A stretch of DNA of 60,749 nt, the filler included, from Rhizaria sp. SCN 62-66 (taxonomy: Eukaryota), in assembly GCA_001724265.1 (NCBI GenBank). It is 2 parts of 2 records of this genome, joined end to end, with 100 filler letters (N's around TTAATTAATTAA, not from the genome) between each part and the next. Parts side by side here need not be neighbours in the genome. Positions count along the whole stretch, not along the records: positions 30,515 to 60,749 come from MEDY01000366.1; 1 more part is not named here. One strand, 5' to 3'. Below the pieces are notes generated by a model, which saw only the letters and a program-made list of their open reading frames with translations, had not been told where the DNA came from and made no database searches. Below, one piece after another: positions 48,201 to 60,749 of the stretch. Each line of letters starts with the position of its first letter. Position 1 is the stretch's first letter. Both the position numbers and the translations under genes were made by a program.

Positions 48201-51200
48201 GTGCCATAAACGATGTGTTCGCGCTAGCAACAGGTGCCACAGGGAGTGGGGGGGTTGGCGCGCGCGACGCAGAGATGCCTAGCGAGGCGCGACGCAGACG
48301 TGCTGCTGCGGCGGCTGCGTGTGCGATCGCGGACACTGCCTCGCGCACAGAGGCATCGGTGAACATAACGGCTTGTTGCGGCGAGAGCGCGGTCAGCGAG
48401 ATCGGAATAGTTGCAGCTGCAACAGCAGCAGCGCCAGCGGCGGCAGCAAGAGCGGAGGCCGCAACAGCATCGCCCGCGGCTGCAGCTGCAGCAGCTGCAG
48501 TGCCAGACACGAGCGACGCGCGGCGACCGAGGCGCGCAGTAGCCAGATCAGGCCTGTGCTCAAGCGGGAGCGGCATGGACGCCGGCGTCGTCGATCGCGG
48601 AGGCGCTGCTGCAGGGCTCCCACCCAAAGTCGGCGCCGGCCGCCGCGGCGGGGGCGAGTGTACGCCAGGCCCCGGTATAGTCACCTGCCGCGCACTGGAT
48701 CTTGACTCAGCGCGAGACTGCGACGCGCTGAGGCGGGCAAGTGCGGATGCCGCCGCGGTCGAGTTCGTCGTCATGGATGCGGGAGCCATGGGCGGTGGGG
48801 TTGGGACAGCGACTATGTCCATTAGAGGACTCCCGGGAGGCGATGCTGAAGCGTCAGCGACAGTCGTAGGACGCAATCCAGACGTGCGCAGCAGCGGGGC
48901 GCGGACATGTGATTGCGGCAACGCTAACGAACGCAAGGATGCCCCACGCGCGGGTGATGCGGCATGAGCCCTCGCTGATGCCATAGTGGAAGCGTCAAAA
49001 TCGTCAACTGGGCCAGCTGCTGCCGCTTGGGCAACAGCCTCTAAGGCATCAGCAGCCTCGGCAGCAGCCTCAAGCCGAGCTGTGTTGGTCTCAATGTGCG
49101 CAGAATCCATAGCCTTAGTCTCTATCGCAAAGTCAGACTCCATAGGTAATGCGGTATCCTGGTCATCATGCCCAGCAAAATCCACAGCACTGAGTTTGTG
49201 AGGTGCAAGATGCATCGGAACCAGAGTCTCTGCAAATGATTGACGAGCGCGGGAGGCGAGGACGAGCGGCTCCGCAGCCGACGAAGACACGTTCCCACCC
49301 AGCGCACGCAACAGGCTCGCAGCACCAGAGGGCACTCCAGCGGAAGCGGCGGCGGCGGCAGCAGCCTCCGCGGCCGCAGGTGCGCGCGCCCGACCGCGGG
49401 CAAGCGAGACCATCAGTGAGTCGGTGCGCTGCCGCTCCGCGGTCGCCAACGCGTGACGAAGGCGCGCCGCGTCACCAGGCCCCAGCACTGCGGTGGCGGC
49501 GGCAGTTGCCGCAGCGGCTGCACCGCCAACGCCCGCACTCACTGACGCCGTCGCACGTTCGGCGAGTGACTGCGCAAGCGGGTCACCGCGCGGCGGGAGC
49601 GGGCGCGTACGCGGCGCAGGATGCAGCATGCGTGCGGCACGACCCACGCGCTCGGCAGCTGCTGATAGGTGAACGCGCAGGGGTGCAACGGTGTGGCGCG
49701 CACCGGCCGGAGCAGTGGCGGTTGCCGGCAGAGGCAGTGGCGGTGCACCAGAGTGGTCAAGCGTGGATGCGGTGGCTGGACGCGAGGCAGGATCCGGCCG
49801 AGCAAGCAATTCGCGGTCGGGCACGTCGGTAGAGAACGTCAACACAGCGGTGTTGCCCAGAGGTGAGCGGATGATCGACGCCATCGCGGACAGCGCTTCG
49901 GCGTACGTCAACAACCGCTTCTTCAACTTTTGCTGCCGCCGCTGTCCTAACAGGATGTTGGTCGTCGCCGACATGGACCCGCGCTTCGAGTGGCGGCCAG
50001 ATGCGGTGCCAGAGATAAGCTTGCCAATTTGCGTACCATCCGTTGCGAGCTCTCCATCAACCACAGACGCGCTGTCGGTGCCATTCTCTCCAGCACTGCT
50101 TTCCGCCTCGCTGCCGCTTTCACTGCTGCAATCACTGCCGCTCTCGCCGTCCGCGTCATCACCCTCATTGGCCTCGTCGTAAGCATGCAACAGAGCACGC
50201 GCACCACGCAAGGCAAGGCGAAGGGCACGGCGCTGAGCTTGTTTTCTGGCGCAACGTTGATCGCGCAGCTGTATCAACTTTGCCTTGTCTAGATTGCCTT
50301 GCATTGAACGAAGCGACACGGATGTCTGCACATATCCATATGCGTCATCATGCATCGCACGCGGCTTATCAGCGCTTTCAGTCCGGGGTGAGTCATCGTC
50401 CCCGTCAGAGTCGGAGTCGCTGAGCGCAGTGAGCGGCAGCGCGAGCGGAAGTGACGAAAGAATAGCACGCTCGCACTCACTGGGGTAGATACGCTCAGTC
50501 TGAAAGTGCAGCGCCCGCGCCCGGAGCGCTCCACGTAACCGCGTCCCAGTTGTAAGCGCTGACAACGCAGATGCTGCGCGAAGATCGTATAAGCTCGCAG
50601 AGTTTGCCAACACGAACGACGAAAAGGGCCACAGAGGAGCTCCCACCGAACCGCTTGTCGCGCTTGTACGCGCAGACTGAGGCATAGCTGCATTGCTGCC
50701 CGCACTGGCCGTGGAGGCGGTGGACGCGCGAGGAGAGAGCGCGCCGGAGAGCCCGAGCACCGACATCGAACCCGCACTGTTGCGGCGCGCAGTGATTAAG
50801 CTGAGGTTGGCGGCCGCAGCTGCAATCGGTGACGCACCTGCAGCGCGCATCGCGGCCGCAGGATCGTCTTCCTCCGACTCAGCCGCGGCATCCGGCGATG
50901 AGTTGTGATCAGATATGCTTAGCGTGAGCGGATCACGCAAGCCACCCCCAGAACGCGATGATGCAACGGCAAGCGCAGCCGCAGCAACAGCGCTCGGCCC
51001 GCCGCGACGGGTTGGGGAGTTTCCTGCTGGTGCGCGCGCTGACGTCGCAGTCCGAGAAGGGCTAGTGTTGACGGAGTTCTGTGCTTGGGTGGCATGACGC
51101 CGGGGGCTCTTGTTGCCGCGTCCACGCAGACGCACGTCCGCCTCAGGGTTGCATGTTTGCACAAGGAAAGGCAGTAACTGCTCAATGCGCGTCCTCGCGG

Positions 51201-54200
51201 CGGCAGCAGCATTCGCAGCGGCGGCAGTCGCGCTCGCCTTCGCGGGAACCGTTACAACGCCGGCACTGCCGAACTCAGAGGCGCTTAACGCCAGGGCAGC
51301 TGCCGCAGCCGCGGCGGCCGCGGCCGCGTCCACCTCTCTTTCCGGAAGCAGCATGTCAACGTAGTCGCTCTCAGCGCCGCCAGCGGCCAAAAACAATGCG
51401 CGGATCCCGGCCGCTGTCGCACTCGGTTGCGGCGGGGCTAGTACGGATACAGACGCGGACGAAGCGCCAGGCAGCGGTGCAGCGAGGAGGCCGGCGCGCG
51501 CCGACGCCACAGCCTGATCGACTGTCGAGCGCGCTGGCTCACGCGTTGACTGCGCCGCGGTCTCTGCTGCGGCCGCGAGGGTGCGCAGCCCACGGCGCGC
51601 AGCACGTGCCCTGCGGGCAACAATTGTCACAAGGGCCCGCAGCAGAGGCTGTGGCATGTTGCGCGCGTCTGGCAACGAGCCTGCGAGCGAGAAAATGGCC
51701 GCGTCATCGAGCGAGTCCAGCATACCGAGCGGCAGATTAAGCGAGCCACCCGCGCCGACACTAGCGCCCATAAACCCATGTCCGACGCGCTTTGCCGTCG
51801 GCGATACCGTACCCACAGGAGTGGCTGAAGACGACAGAGGGTGAGAGCTGTTTGAACGCATGGACCCGAGCGAGCCGGTGGTGTCGTCGTCCTCGTTCTC
51901 ATCCAACCCCGGCAGTCCATCGCTGCCGCGACCGCGACCGTCCGGGTCCTCGCTGTCAGTCGAGTCGCCATCGCCAAAGCCACTGTCGCCGTCCTGGCGC
52001 GGGGACGCCTCGCCCCAGAACCCAGAGTCCGCACCGAGTCCTGTGGCCGCAGCAGCCGCAGTGGCTGCGCGGCGCCGGGCTGTGGCCGCAGCAGCGGCGT
52101 CAGCGTCGACGATTGCGGCCTCCTCGTCGCCCTCGGACGGCGTGGTGAGCATCGCGGGGCCACTGAGGCCGACGTTCGAGTCGTTACTGGCGAGAGAGCT
52201 CGGGCCAGAGCTCGACGCAATCGGCTGCGGGAGGCGGGGCGCCGCACGCCAGGGACCGCGTGAAAACGTGGTGGCCGTGGGCGTGGTCGCCAAGCGCGGG
52301 GAAGCAGCTGCCCAGCCGCCAGTGCCAACCGTGAGCTATGTGGCGCGCGGTGAGAAACCGCCTGGGGCGGGCGCGCGCGGGCTCGCAATAAAAGAAGACG
52401 GCGAGAGCTGCGGCGAAGGAAATCCGTCGGGCGAGCCGGGGGCTGTCAAACCTGACGTCGTGTTTGTCAGCGCAGTAGCCACAGTTACCGCCGCGAGCAG
52501 CGCCGCCTGCAACCCGCCCGCGGTGGGAAGGAACGGCGTCGCCGCAGTCGGGGACGTAAGCCGCAGAGGTCCGGACGAGGTGGCCACGCGAGGAGAAAGC
52601 ATTGCAACGGCGGCCGCGGCGGGGCGCGGGAGCGCAGCGAAGACCTCCGGACTACCCACCATCACTTGTCTCGCGGTACCCGTGGTTGCCACGTCGGCGG
52701 CGACTTCGCGGACCAGCTCGGCGGCGTGGCGCCACTGCGCCTGGATCAGCGGGTTGCGCGGCTTAAGCGGACTGGTCGAGCCTGTGCCGGCGGCACCTGC
52801 GCTCGTGGCAGGACGCGAACCGGCGGGGAGTGTGCCGCGCTCCAGGCCTGCGGCCACTGTCGCAGCGACGGACGCCGCCGCCGCGGCCGCGCGCGGCGGA
52901 AGAGCGTCATGGCGCGCGCCGCCATTAGCGGTCGCAATGCGGCCACGTGCCTCGGCAAGCGCACTGGGGCCATAATGGCGACAGAAGTGTGTGCCGAATG
53001 CAACGCCGCAGCGCGCGCAATAGTGAATGCCCGGTAAAAGCAACGCTGCGCGGCGCACGCGCGCGCACACAAGCACCGCCGACAGGAATGTGAGACCGCC
53101 ACCTTCGTCAAGGTCGGGCGCGCCGGACGCCGCGAGACCGGTGCTTGTGCCTGACTGAGCGGCACCTGCAGACGCGGCGCCTGTCGAAGGGGCTCCAACA
53201 GCGGCGGCGGGTGTTGCGGCCCCCCAGCCGCGCAGTCCGCCGCGGGGGTGGCGCGCAAGACCAGCCTCAGCGAGCACTTCAGACTCCTCGGAGCCCGCAA
53301 GTGGCAGCGCGGGGGCGCCCGCGGCGTTGGCGACGGCGCGGAGCGTGGCGTCCGCGGCGTCCGCGGCGACGTAGGCGGGCGCGACTGTAGGCGCGACGGG
53401 AAACGGCGCGAGCGAGGTGGCCAGCGTGAGCACGAGCGCGCGAGCGAGGGCCGGCGCTGGCGTGGTCACGGCGAACACGACGGCGCCGCCCGACGCAGCG
53501 GCGGGCAGCGGCGCCGCGATGCGCGCCACAACGGCCGCGGCAGCCAGCGCGCGCGCGGCGGAAACGCCGGCGCCGGGAGCGGGCAGTGACGCGAACGATG
53601 CCGAGGCAGAGCGTGTCGGGGCAGGCGTGAACGACGACACTGCACTGTGCGCACGCGGAGCAGCGACTGCGGCTGCAACAGATGTCTGCGTGGTCGACGC
53701 AGCTGAGGCGGCGGCAAGAGCGGCGTCAGCGGCGGCGACTGCGGCCGGTGAAGGCACGGCGCAGAGCAGCGCCCACTGTCCGACAGCGGGGGCAGAGGCC
53801 AGCGCGGCGGACGCGGACGATGTGGCGAGCGCGGTGGCTGAGGTCGAGGCCGCGGCTGATGAGAACGCGTACGGCGACGGTGGCAACAAAAGCGCCGAGT
53901 AGGGATCCGCGTTTGCGGCAGCAGCCAGTGCAGCCTCAGAAGCGGCGGCTGCTACCTCTGCGGCGGCGGCAGTGGCAGCGGTAGCGGCAGCAGCGGCCGC
54001 AGCTGCGGCAGTTGCGGAAACAAGCGGCACAGCGTCGGCGATCACCGCAGGGACAAGACTCTTACTGGCAGCACTTGCCGCCGCCGTGACAGCAGCGCCG
54101 GCAGCGGCGGCCGCGGCTGCAGGCGTAGGGGCTGCAGAGGCAGCGCCCTTACCGGCGCCGGACTTCCGCTTGCTGCCATCGGCTGCGGCAGTCACGGCTG

Positions 54201-57200
54201 CGGCCGCGGACACAGATGGCACGACGGCGCCGCTAAAGGCCGACACAGCGGCGCTCGTGCGCGCGGCAGTCCATTTGCGCCGGAGCGCGGCGCCGCGGCG
54301 CAGCCGGGACATCGCGGCGGGCGGCAGCAGCGCGGCCAACTTCGCGGCCGGCACAAACAGCACCGCGGTCGTCGTCGCCGCGATCGCGGACACAGGCGTC
54401 GCTGTTGCGGCGGCAGACTCTGCGGAAGCCGCGGCAAAAGCAGCCATCGTCGCGGCAGACTGACCGGCGTTCTGCGCGGGGTCGCCGCCCGACGCGCCAG
54501 CGGACGCGCCGGAGGCCGTGGCAGAGCCTGTGGAAGAGGACGACGACGCAGTCGCCGCAGCGACCGCGGAGGTGGCCGAGGGCGCCGTGGCCTGGTACAG
54601 CAGCGACTGTTCGCCGAAAAAGCTCTGCGGGGGCAGCGTCGCCACCAAAACCTGCGTCTCTGCATCGGCGCCAATCGCTGTCGACGCCGCCGTTGCAGCC
54701 GCCGCGGCGGCCGCCGCTGCAGCGGTGTCAGCAGCGAGCGCACGCTGGTCGCTCTCATGGGCCAGTCGGTCCGCATAGCGCGCCTCAGCGGCCGAGCGCA
54801 AATCGGCGTAAGGAGCGGCTGCGGTGGCCTCGCCCGCAGTCGCCTGTAGCATCATTGCGGCTGAAGACGTCGCGGCCGCCGCGGCCGCGGAGGGCGACGC
54901 GCGCGCATCTTGCTGCAGCATCACAGCGCCTGAAACAACAAAGTACAGGCCTAGCGCAGGCGTACCGCGCTGCAGCAACGTGTGTCCGGCAGAAAAGCGG
55001 AGAGGCTCGGCCGCGTACGCGAGCTGCGCGCACACAGTCGCGGGACAGCCGCGCAGAGAGGGCAGGTAGCGGAAGAAAGCGTAGCGGTGCCACGACTCAA
55101 GCGCGAAGGCAGGCGCGCAGTAGCGGTTCACGGCGGCCGTGAACGCCGCGCGCGGCACCACAAGCACCTGTGCGAGCGGAGTCGCGGCCGCGAGCGTGAC
55201 GGGGTGCGCGGAGGGCGGCATGTCGCCCGCGTAGTCGCCCTCGCCGAGTAGCGCCAGATTCAGCAGCGAGCCGGTGGGCACGCTATCGCCGTCCTCTTTA
55301 TCGGAGCCGGCGCCAGAGTCCGCTGCGCCGTCAGCCGCCCCGCGGCCGCGGCTCTTAGAGCCGCCTGAGTCCGAGGACACTGGGACATCTTCGTTGGGAG
55401 CCGCAAGCGCCGCGACAGCGCCGGTGAGCACGAGATATAAGTTGTCAGCAGCGGTACCCTGCTCGCAGATGACCTGGTTCTTAAAGTAAAGCCGCGACGT
55501 CGCTGCAGACACCACGAGGTGTGCGGCCTGCGGCGGCAATTGCGAGAGCAGCAGTAGCAGCGCCGCGGGGGTCCGGTGGCCCGCAGCGGCGCCCACAGAC
55601 GCGGCCGCCGCAGCGCCGCCGCCCGCTGCGGAGGCGAGAAACGGCAGCAGACGCGGTGTCAGCGACGGCAACGGCAACGGCGGCGGCGGGGGCAGCAGCA
55701 CAAGCGCCTTGTCCGCGGCGGGCGCAAGCGCGGGCGGTACCGGCGACGCCGCGAGCGCCAGCGCGCGCGCGAGGGCCTCGCCGGCGCGCGCAGCCATCTC
55801 GACCGGAGTGAAAGCCGTGATTGTGAGCGCAACGCCGCCCACCGTAACCTGCGCTGCCGACCCGCGAGCGCGACCCAGGCTTTCTGGCGACGCGAACGAC
55901 GACGGCGGCATGAGCGCGGCGGGCGCCAAGATCGCGGCCTCAGCGGCGCTGAGAGGGGCGAGCACAGCGCGGCGCGCGGCGGCCGCGCGGGCACGCGCTC
56001 GTGCGCGGGTGGAACGCATGGGTGAGTTCTGAGTCTGCGGCAAGTGCAGGTGGAGTCCGCGCGGGCCGGAAAGCGCGGCGTCAGACTGAGAGTTCGGCGC
56101 CAATTCGCGGCCTGCGCTGTTCTGAGACGTGAGGGCGAGCGCGCGGAGTGCAAGCGCCGCGGCAACTGTCGGCAGCCCGCGCGCGGCGCGCGTGACGCCG
56201 CGGTGCAACACTAGGTCCGTAGCCGTGAGCGCCTGCGCGCGTGTGCGGCGCTAGGGTGGTGTCTCGAGACTGCTGAACGTCGCGTGCGCGTCTTTGAGCA
56301 GCAGCAGCGTCGCGAGCGCCCAAGCGGGCAGCGCGGCCGGCGCTGCGGCGGCGGCTACAATGGGCGCCAGGAATAGGCACGGCAAGCGCAGCGGGGGCGC
56401 CAGCGCGGACGTGGCTGCAGCAACAAGCGCGCCCGATGTGACCTCGTCAGCACCGAGCGGAAGGCGCGGGGTGTCGCCCTCGCTTTCGACGCGCATCTTG
56501 AACAGCCCTGTGGCGCGTTCCTGGCGCGCCTCGAGCCCCAGCGCCGCCAGCGCCACGGCCGCGGAGGACGTTGCGCTGTCGCGCACGACGTCGGAGTCGG
56601 CGTCTTCTGCGGCGGCCGCTGCGGCCGGAGTCGCGGCCGTGGTGGCAGCCGCGAGCACGGCGTTGACAAGCGCGGTCTTGGACATGACGAGGTACTCGCA
56701 GGTAGTCAGTGCGCGCAGGTAGCGCCGCCGCGGTGCGGGGAACGCGCTAATCTCGTCGCAGCCGCCGCTCGCCGCCGCGCCCGCGATGTCTCCGCCGCTG
56801 GTGGGCATAAGAGCGGGCGCGACGGTGACGAACGGGAAAAGATCGTTGCGCACGTACACGGAGCCTGGCCCTAAGTGGCACACTGGCACCAGCGAGTCGT
56901 CGCCGTCGTCGTCATCATCATCCGCGCCCGCGCCGGCGTCGTCGCCCGCCTCGTTGTCGTCATCACCGGTGGTGCCGTCACGCGGGCTGCCACTGAGGCG
57001 GTCGTTTCCGCGCGAGCCATCGGCAGCGGCGCCGTCGCTCGTGGTCGCGGTGCGGCTGCCGGCGGCGCTAGCGCCGTCACTGGCGCGGCCCGCTGCCGCG
57101 CGCGCGCGCGGCTCTGCGCTGCGCCGTTGTTGTGTAAAGCCGAAGCCCTTGGCAGGCGCGCCACAGAGCGGTTTGCGCGTCCCGGCGGGCGCAAAGACGG

Positions 57201-59112
57201 CAATGGCGCCAGCTGTGACGATGACGACGTCGCCGCCGACGGGCTCACCCGCGACGGCCGTGCGCGGCGCACACGCGCGCGCGAGCGGCGCGCGCGCGGC
57301 GGGGGGCCAGGACGCGAGCAGCGGCAGCTGCGAGAGGAACTCGCGGCGCGCGGCAAGGCGCGCGGCGTCGCACAGGTAGCGCAGCCGCGCGAGCAGCGGA
57401 CGCGTGACCGTGAGCACCAGGACGGGCGTCTGCGCCCAGGTGCCCACGGTCACCACGCGTTGCGGCCGCGCAGCGGCGTTGTCGTCGCCAGCCGCAGCGC
57501 CAGAGCTAGCGCCAGCGCCATCGGTGGCGGGGCTGTAGGAGTCGTAGAATGGTGCGGGCGAGCGGCTGCCGCTGCCGGCGCGCGACGCGGGGCGCGACGG
57601 CGGCCGCGACGCCGCGCGGGATGACGGGCGCGACGACACTGGGGACGCGCCTGCCGAGCCCGTCGCCAAAACCAGCGCCGAGTCCACGGCGGCGGCGGCG
57701 TTCGCAGCGGCGGCAGCGCGCGCGCTCGCGGCGGGGTTGGAGGGCAGCGCGGTGATGGGCGGCACTGGGGGCAGCGCGGCGCACAGCAGCGGGTCTGCGC
57801 CCGCGGCCTGGCCGAAACCCAGCGACGGGCACAGCAGCACGTGCCGCAGCAGCTTCGGCGGCGCGACCGTGGCCGCCGCGACGCGCGCGCGCTCGGCCCC
57901 GCGCGCCGCCGACTCCTCCAGGCTCACGGGCCCGCGCCGCGCGGCGACGGCGCTGCTGTGGCTGCTGCTGGTGGCGGCGGTGAGCGCGGGCCGCGATGGC
58001 GAGGTCGGCAGCTCGGGCTGCGGCCGGGGCCCGGCGCCGGGTTGCGAGCTCCCTCGCCGGCTCGCAGACGGGCTGAGCACGATCATGGCCCCGGCGCCAG
58101 AGCCAGAACCGGAGCCAGAGGCGGAGGCGGAAGTTGTGGTGGACGGGAGCGCAAGCGATTGCAGACGCGTGGGGCCTGCGGCGAGGCCAGCAGTCGCGGT
58201 GGACGGCGCAACGGGACTGGGCAAAGGCGCGGGCGACGGCATGCCATTGCCCGCAGCAGCAATCGCCGCAGCAGCAGCCACAGTGACGCCGGTCGGCGAA
58301 GGGGACGGGACAAGCGACGAGTCCAAATACGACGCATGCGACGGCGACTGCGAGCGCGAGGCGAGGGGCGTGGACGCCGTGGAGCCCGCGCGCGAGGCCG
58401 TGCGCGACCCCAGCCGCGAGCCCGCGGCCGAGCCCGCGGCCGAGACCGCAGCCGACCCGGCGGTGGACGCGAGCGAGGACGCGGCTAGGGACAACAGACC
58501 GCGGCCCGCGGGCGCGGCGGGCGGCGGCAGATGCGTGTCAACGGGCGAGAGCGCAAGCGTGCCTGCGAGCACAATGAATACGGGTGCGGTCGGCGCGGCG
58601 GCATCGAGCGACAGCACGTGGCCCGTGGGGAAGGCCTGCACGGGCGCCGACGCGATTAGTTCCGAGAAAACCGGCGGCGGCAAACACGCGGCCGCGGGCG
58701 AGCCGGAAAGGTGCGGACGCAGCAGCGCCAGGTCGCGCGCGGAGCGGTCCGCGGGGGCGCGGCCGAGCACGGAGAAGGCCGGCGGCAGCGAGTGCAGCAG
58801 GTGCAGGGCGAGCGCCGTGGGGGCAGCTGACGAAGGCGGCGCACCGGGCGCGGAGCCGGCGGCCGGGGCGCGTCCGCGGCGCAGCCGGGCTGCGGCTGAC
58901 TCTGAAGAGGAACCACCTGTCCCGGCGGTGTGACGCACAGGAACAGATGTCTTCATGTTGGTCAACAAGAAGCCGACGCAGGAGTCAGCGTGAGGCAGAG
59001 GTAACGGACCAGCTAAGTAAAGTAATAACGGGTCAGAAGATAAGTCTTCTGTCGGATTATCAGGTTTTTGTTGTTCTGTAAAACAATAGTCGTGAGAATA
59101 AAGTGGTTTCAT
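45250..59112 (-). CDS. Giant (~4570-4620 aa) apparently intronless protein with four cNMP-binding-like domains; in-frame TAGs at 56253-56251 and 52338-52336; alternative start ATG 58956
   Basis: The 953, 1291 and 2347 aa ORFs share one frame, separated only by single TAGs. cNMP-like motifs include YFKNQVICEQGTAADNLYLVLTGAV..LGEGDYAG and FSAGHTLLQRGTPALGLYFVVSGAV..LPPQSFFGE. Final stop TGA. Confidence 0.8.
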
Positions 59113-59533
59113 TTTGAGAAAAACGTTATTCTAAGAATAAATTAGTATTTAGTTATCTCCCAAGCTTAGGAGACGAAAGAGTTTAGACACCACTCAAAGT
59201 CATATAAAACCGTGTAGATTCCGTCAATGCATATATGTGTGATATATAATTGGCACAAGATCTCGATGCAACAGTAGTTTTGATTGAAATGTTACAGCTC
59301 TATAACTCACTCCACAATACGTTATCTTGGGTCTCGGTCGACTGTTACCCCCAAAGCAGTTTTGTCAGTGCTGCTTGGCCGAAATACAGAAAACGATCGA
59401 TTTGAAGATGCAATTAAGACATAACGATAAATGGAACTCAAAAAACGGAGTATCACAAAATTGGCCTGCTGTTTTTATTGGAATCTTGCAGTAATCAGGG
59501 TATCTTAGTATATATATAACGTCATTTGTGTGC

Positions 59534-60256
59534 TCACGCCACGCTGCTGCGTGCCTGGAATAGCATCCCAGCGAGCTCTGTCGCGGTGACCGTGGTCGCC
59601 TGCTGCGGCTGCAGCGGGTTCTGCGCGTGCATCTGCTGTTGCTGCTGCTGGAGGTGCGCGGCGGCCACGGTCTGCGCGCCGTCGGCGCCCATGGTCGCGG
59701 CCAGCTCGGCCTTGGCGCGGGTGCGCGCGGCGCCCGCGACCCCGTGCGCTGCGCGCGCGTCGCCCGCGGCGGCCGCGAGCACGGTCGCGCTAGCCGTTGT
59801 CGAGACGCCGCGGCGCACGCGGTCACCCAGCGGCGGCTGCGGCCGGAAGGCCACCACGCCACGCCCGGGGTCCGCGCGCAGCTCCGCCGCCAGCGCTGCG
59901 GACGACCGCTGCTTCGCGGGGGGCGACTGAGAGCGCGGCGAGGACTGGGAGCCCTGCGCGCTGGCGGAGCTCGCACTGGCGGTGCCAGCACTGTGGTGGA
60001 CGAGGGGGCGCGCGAGGGGCGCGTGCGTCTGCACCTGGCTGTACGCTAGCGGCGTCTGACTGTGGCCGTGCGCACCGTTGTGACCATGCGGAGGGAGGAT
60101 CGGCGGCAGAGACGCGGGCGCGGCGCTCAGGCTGGCCGGGGCGGGGGACGACGCGACGGGCTTCTGCGCAGTCGCAGCACCCACGCTCGCGTTCGTAGGG
60201 GTGGCCGCAGCGGCGTCCGTCGCAGCCGCAGGCTTCGCAGCAGCAGCAGTCGCGGG

Positions 60257-60287
<31 letters not shown>

Positions 60288-60749
60288 GGCGCGGCGGTGG
60301 ACGAAGCCGCAAAACCAGCAGAGGGCGCGCCGATGGCAGCGAGGTACTGCGTGAGCGTCATGGTTGCGTACTGCAGCGGCGGCAAGTCGGCCTCCCCCGC
60401 ACTGCCGCTGCCGTCGGTGGCGTCATTCGCACTGGGCGCGGGCGGGGCGCGCTTGCCGCCGGTCTTGACGATGTTGGCCTGCTTGAGCGTGACACCGGGG
60501 GCTGGCTGGACCGACTGAGAGAGCGCAGGCTGCACGGCCCACTGCGTCACGCCCGCCGCCGTGGCCGCCTGCACCGCCGCGGCCGCCACGCGCGCCGCGT
60601 CGGCCTCGCTCAACACCGCGCCCGCGTCGGCCTTGCCGCCAGCGCTGCCGAGGCCAGCGGCGGTCGCGCTCGCAGTCGCGCTCGCGGCAGCCGCGGCGGC
60701 CGCGGCGGCGACGGCGGCGGACGCGGCGCGCGGGGCCCGGCGCCCGCCC
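59534..60749 (-). CDS. 3' part of an Ala-rich protein of unknown function; runs off the window edge
   Basis: GC-rich open frame from the window end to TGA at 59534, followed by AT-rich sequence. Confidence 0.65.

Noticed and set aside
9644-59112. In-frame TAGs as pseudogene lesions or sequencing errors
   Set aside because: All nine interruptions are the same codon. There are no internal TAA/TGA codons or frameshifts, and splice sites and domain order are intact.
1200-60518. Numerous overlapping antisense and alternate-frame ORFs (e.g. 5776-7398, 51860-52975, 57737-58933)
   Set aside because: Shadow ORFs expected in GC-rich triplet-repetitive coding DNA; no recognisable domains.

Overview
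Gene-dense nuclear DNA from an unidentified eukaryote, probably a protist. Exons are GC-rich, intergenic DNA is AT-rich, and there are 17 inferred GT-AG introns of about 105-290 nt. Two contigs are joined by an artificial N-TTAATTAATTAA-N spacer at 30415-30514. The window holds one tRNA-Gln(CTG) and about 17 protein genes: SNF8/Vps22, TEN1, ZC3H15, an OTUD6-like deubiquitinase, a chromodomain protein, an EF-hand-like protein, FUN14, RBM42, a FAF1/2-like UBX protein, VAMP7, a TSP1/EGF surface protein, a giant cNMP-binding protein, a WS/DGAT-like protein and several unknowns. Main finding: the organism appears to use a non-standard nuclear code in which UAG is a sense codon, most likely Gln, while UAA and UGA remain stops. 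Nine in-frame TAGs interrupt five otherwise continuous genes on both contigs. Two sit in Gln-diagnostic contexts (CAG-CCC-CAG-CAA-TAG-CAG-CAG-CAG-CAG-CTC-TAA, and FSP*RG followed by FSPQRG). Under this reading all 16 gene 3' ends are TGA (11) or TAA (5). The standard-code ORF track therefore fragments several genes. Family assignments come from motifs recognised by eye, not from database searches.
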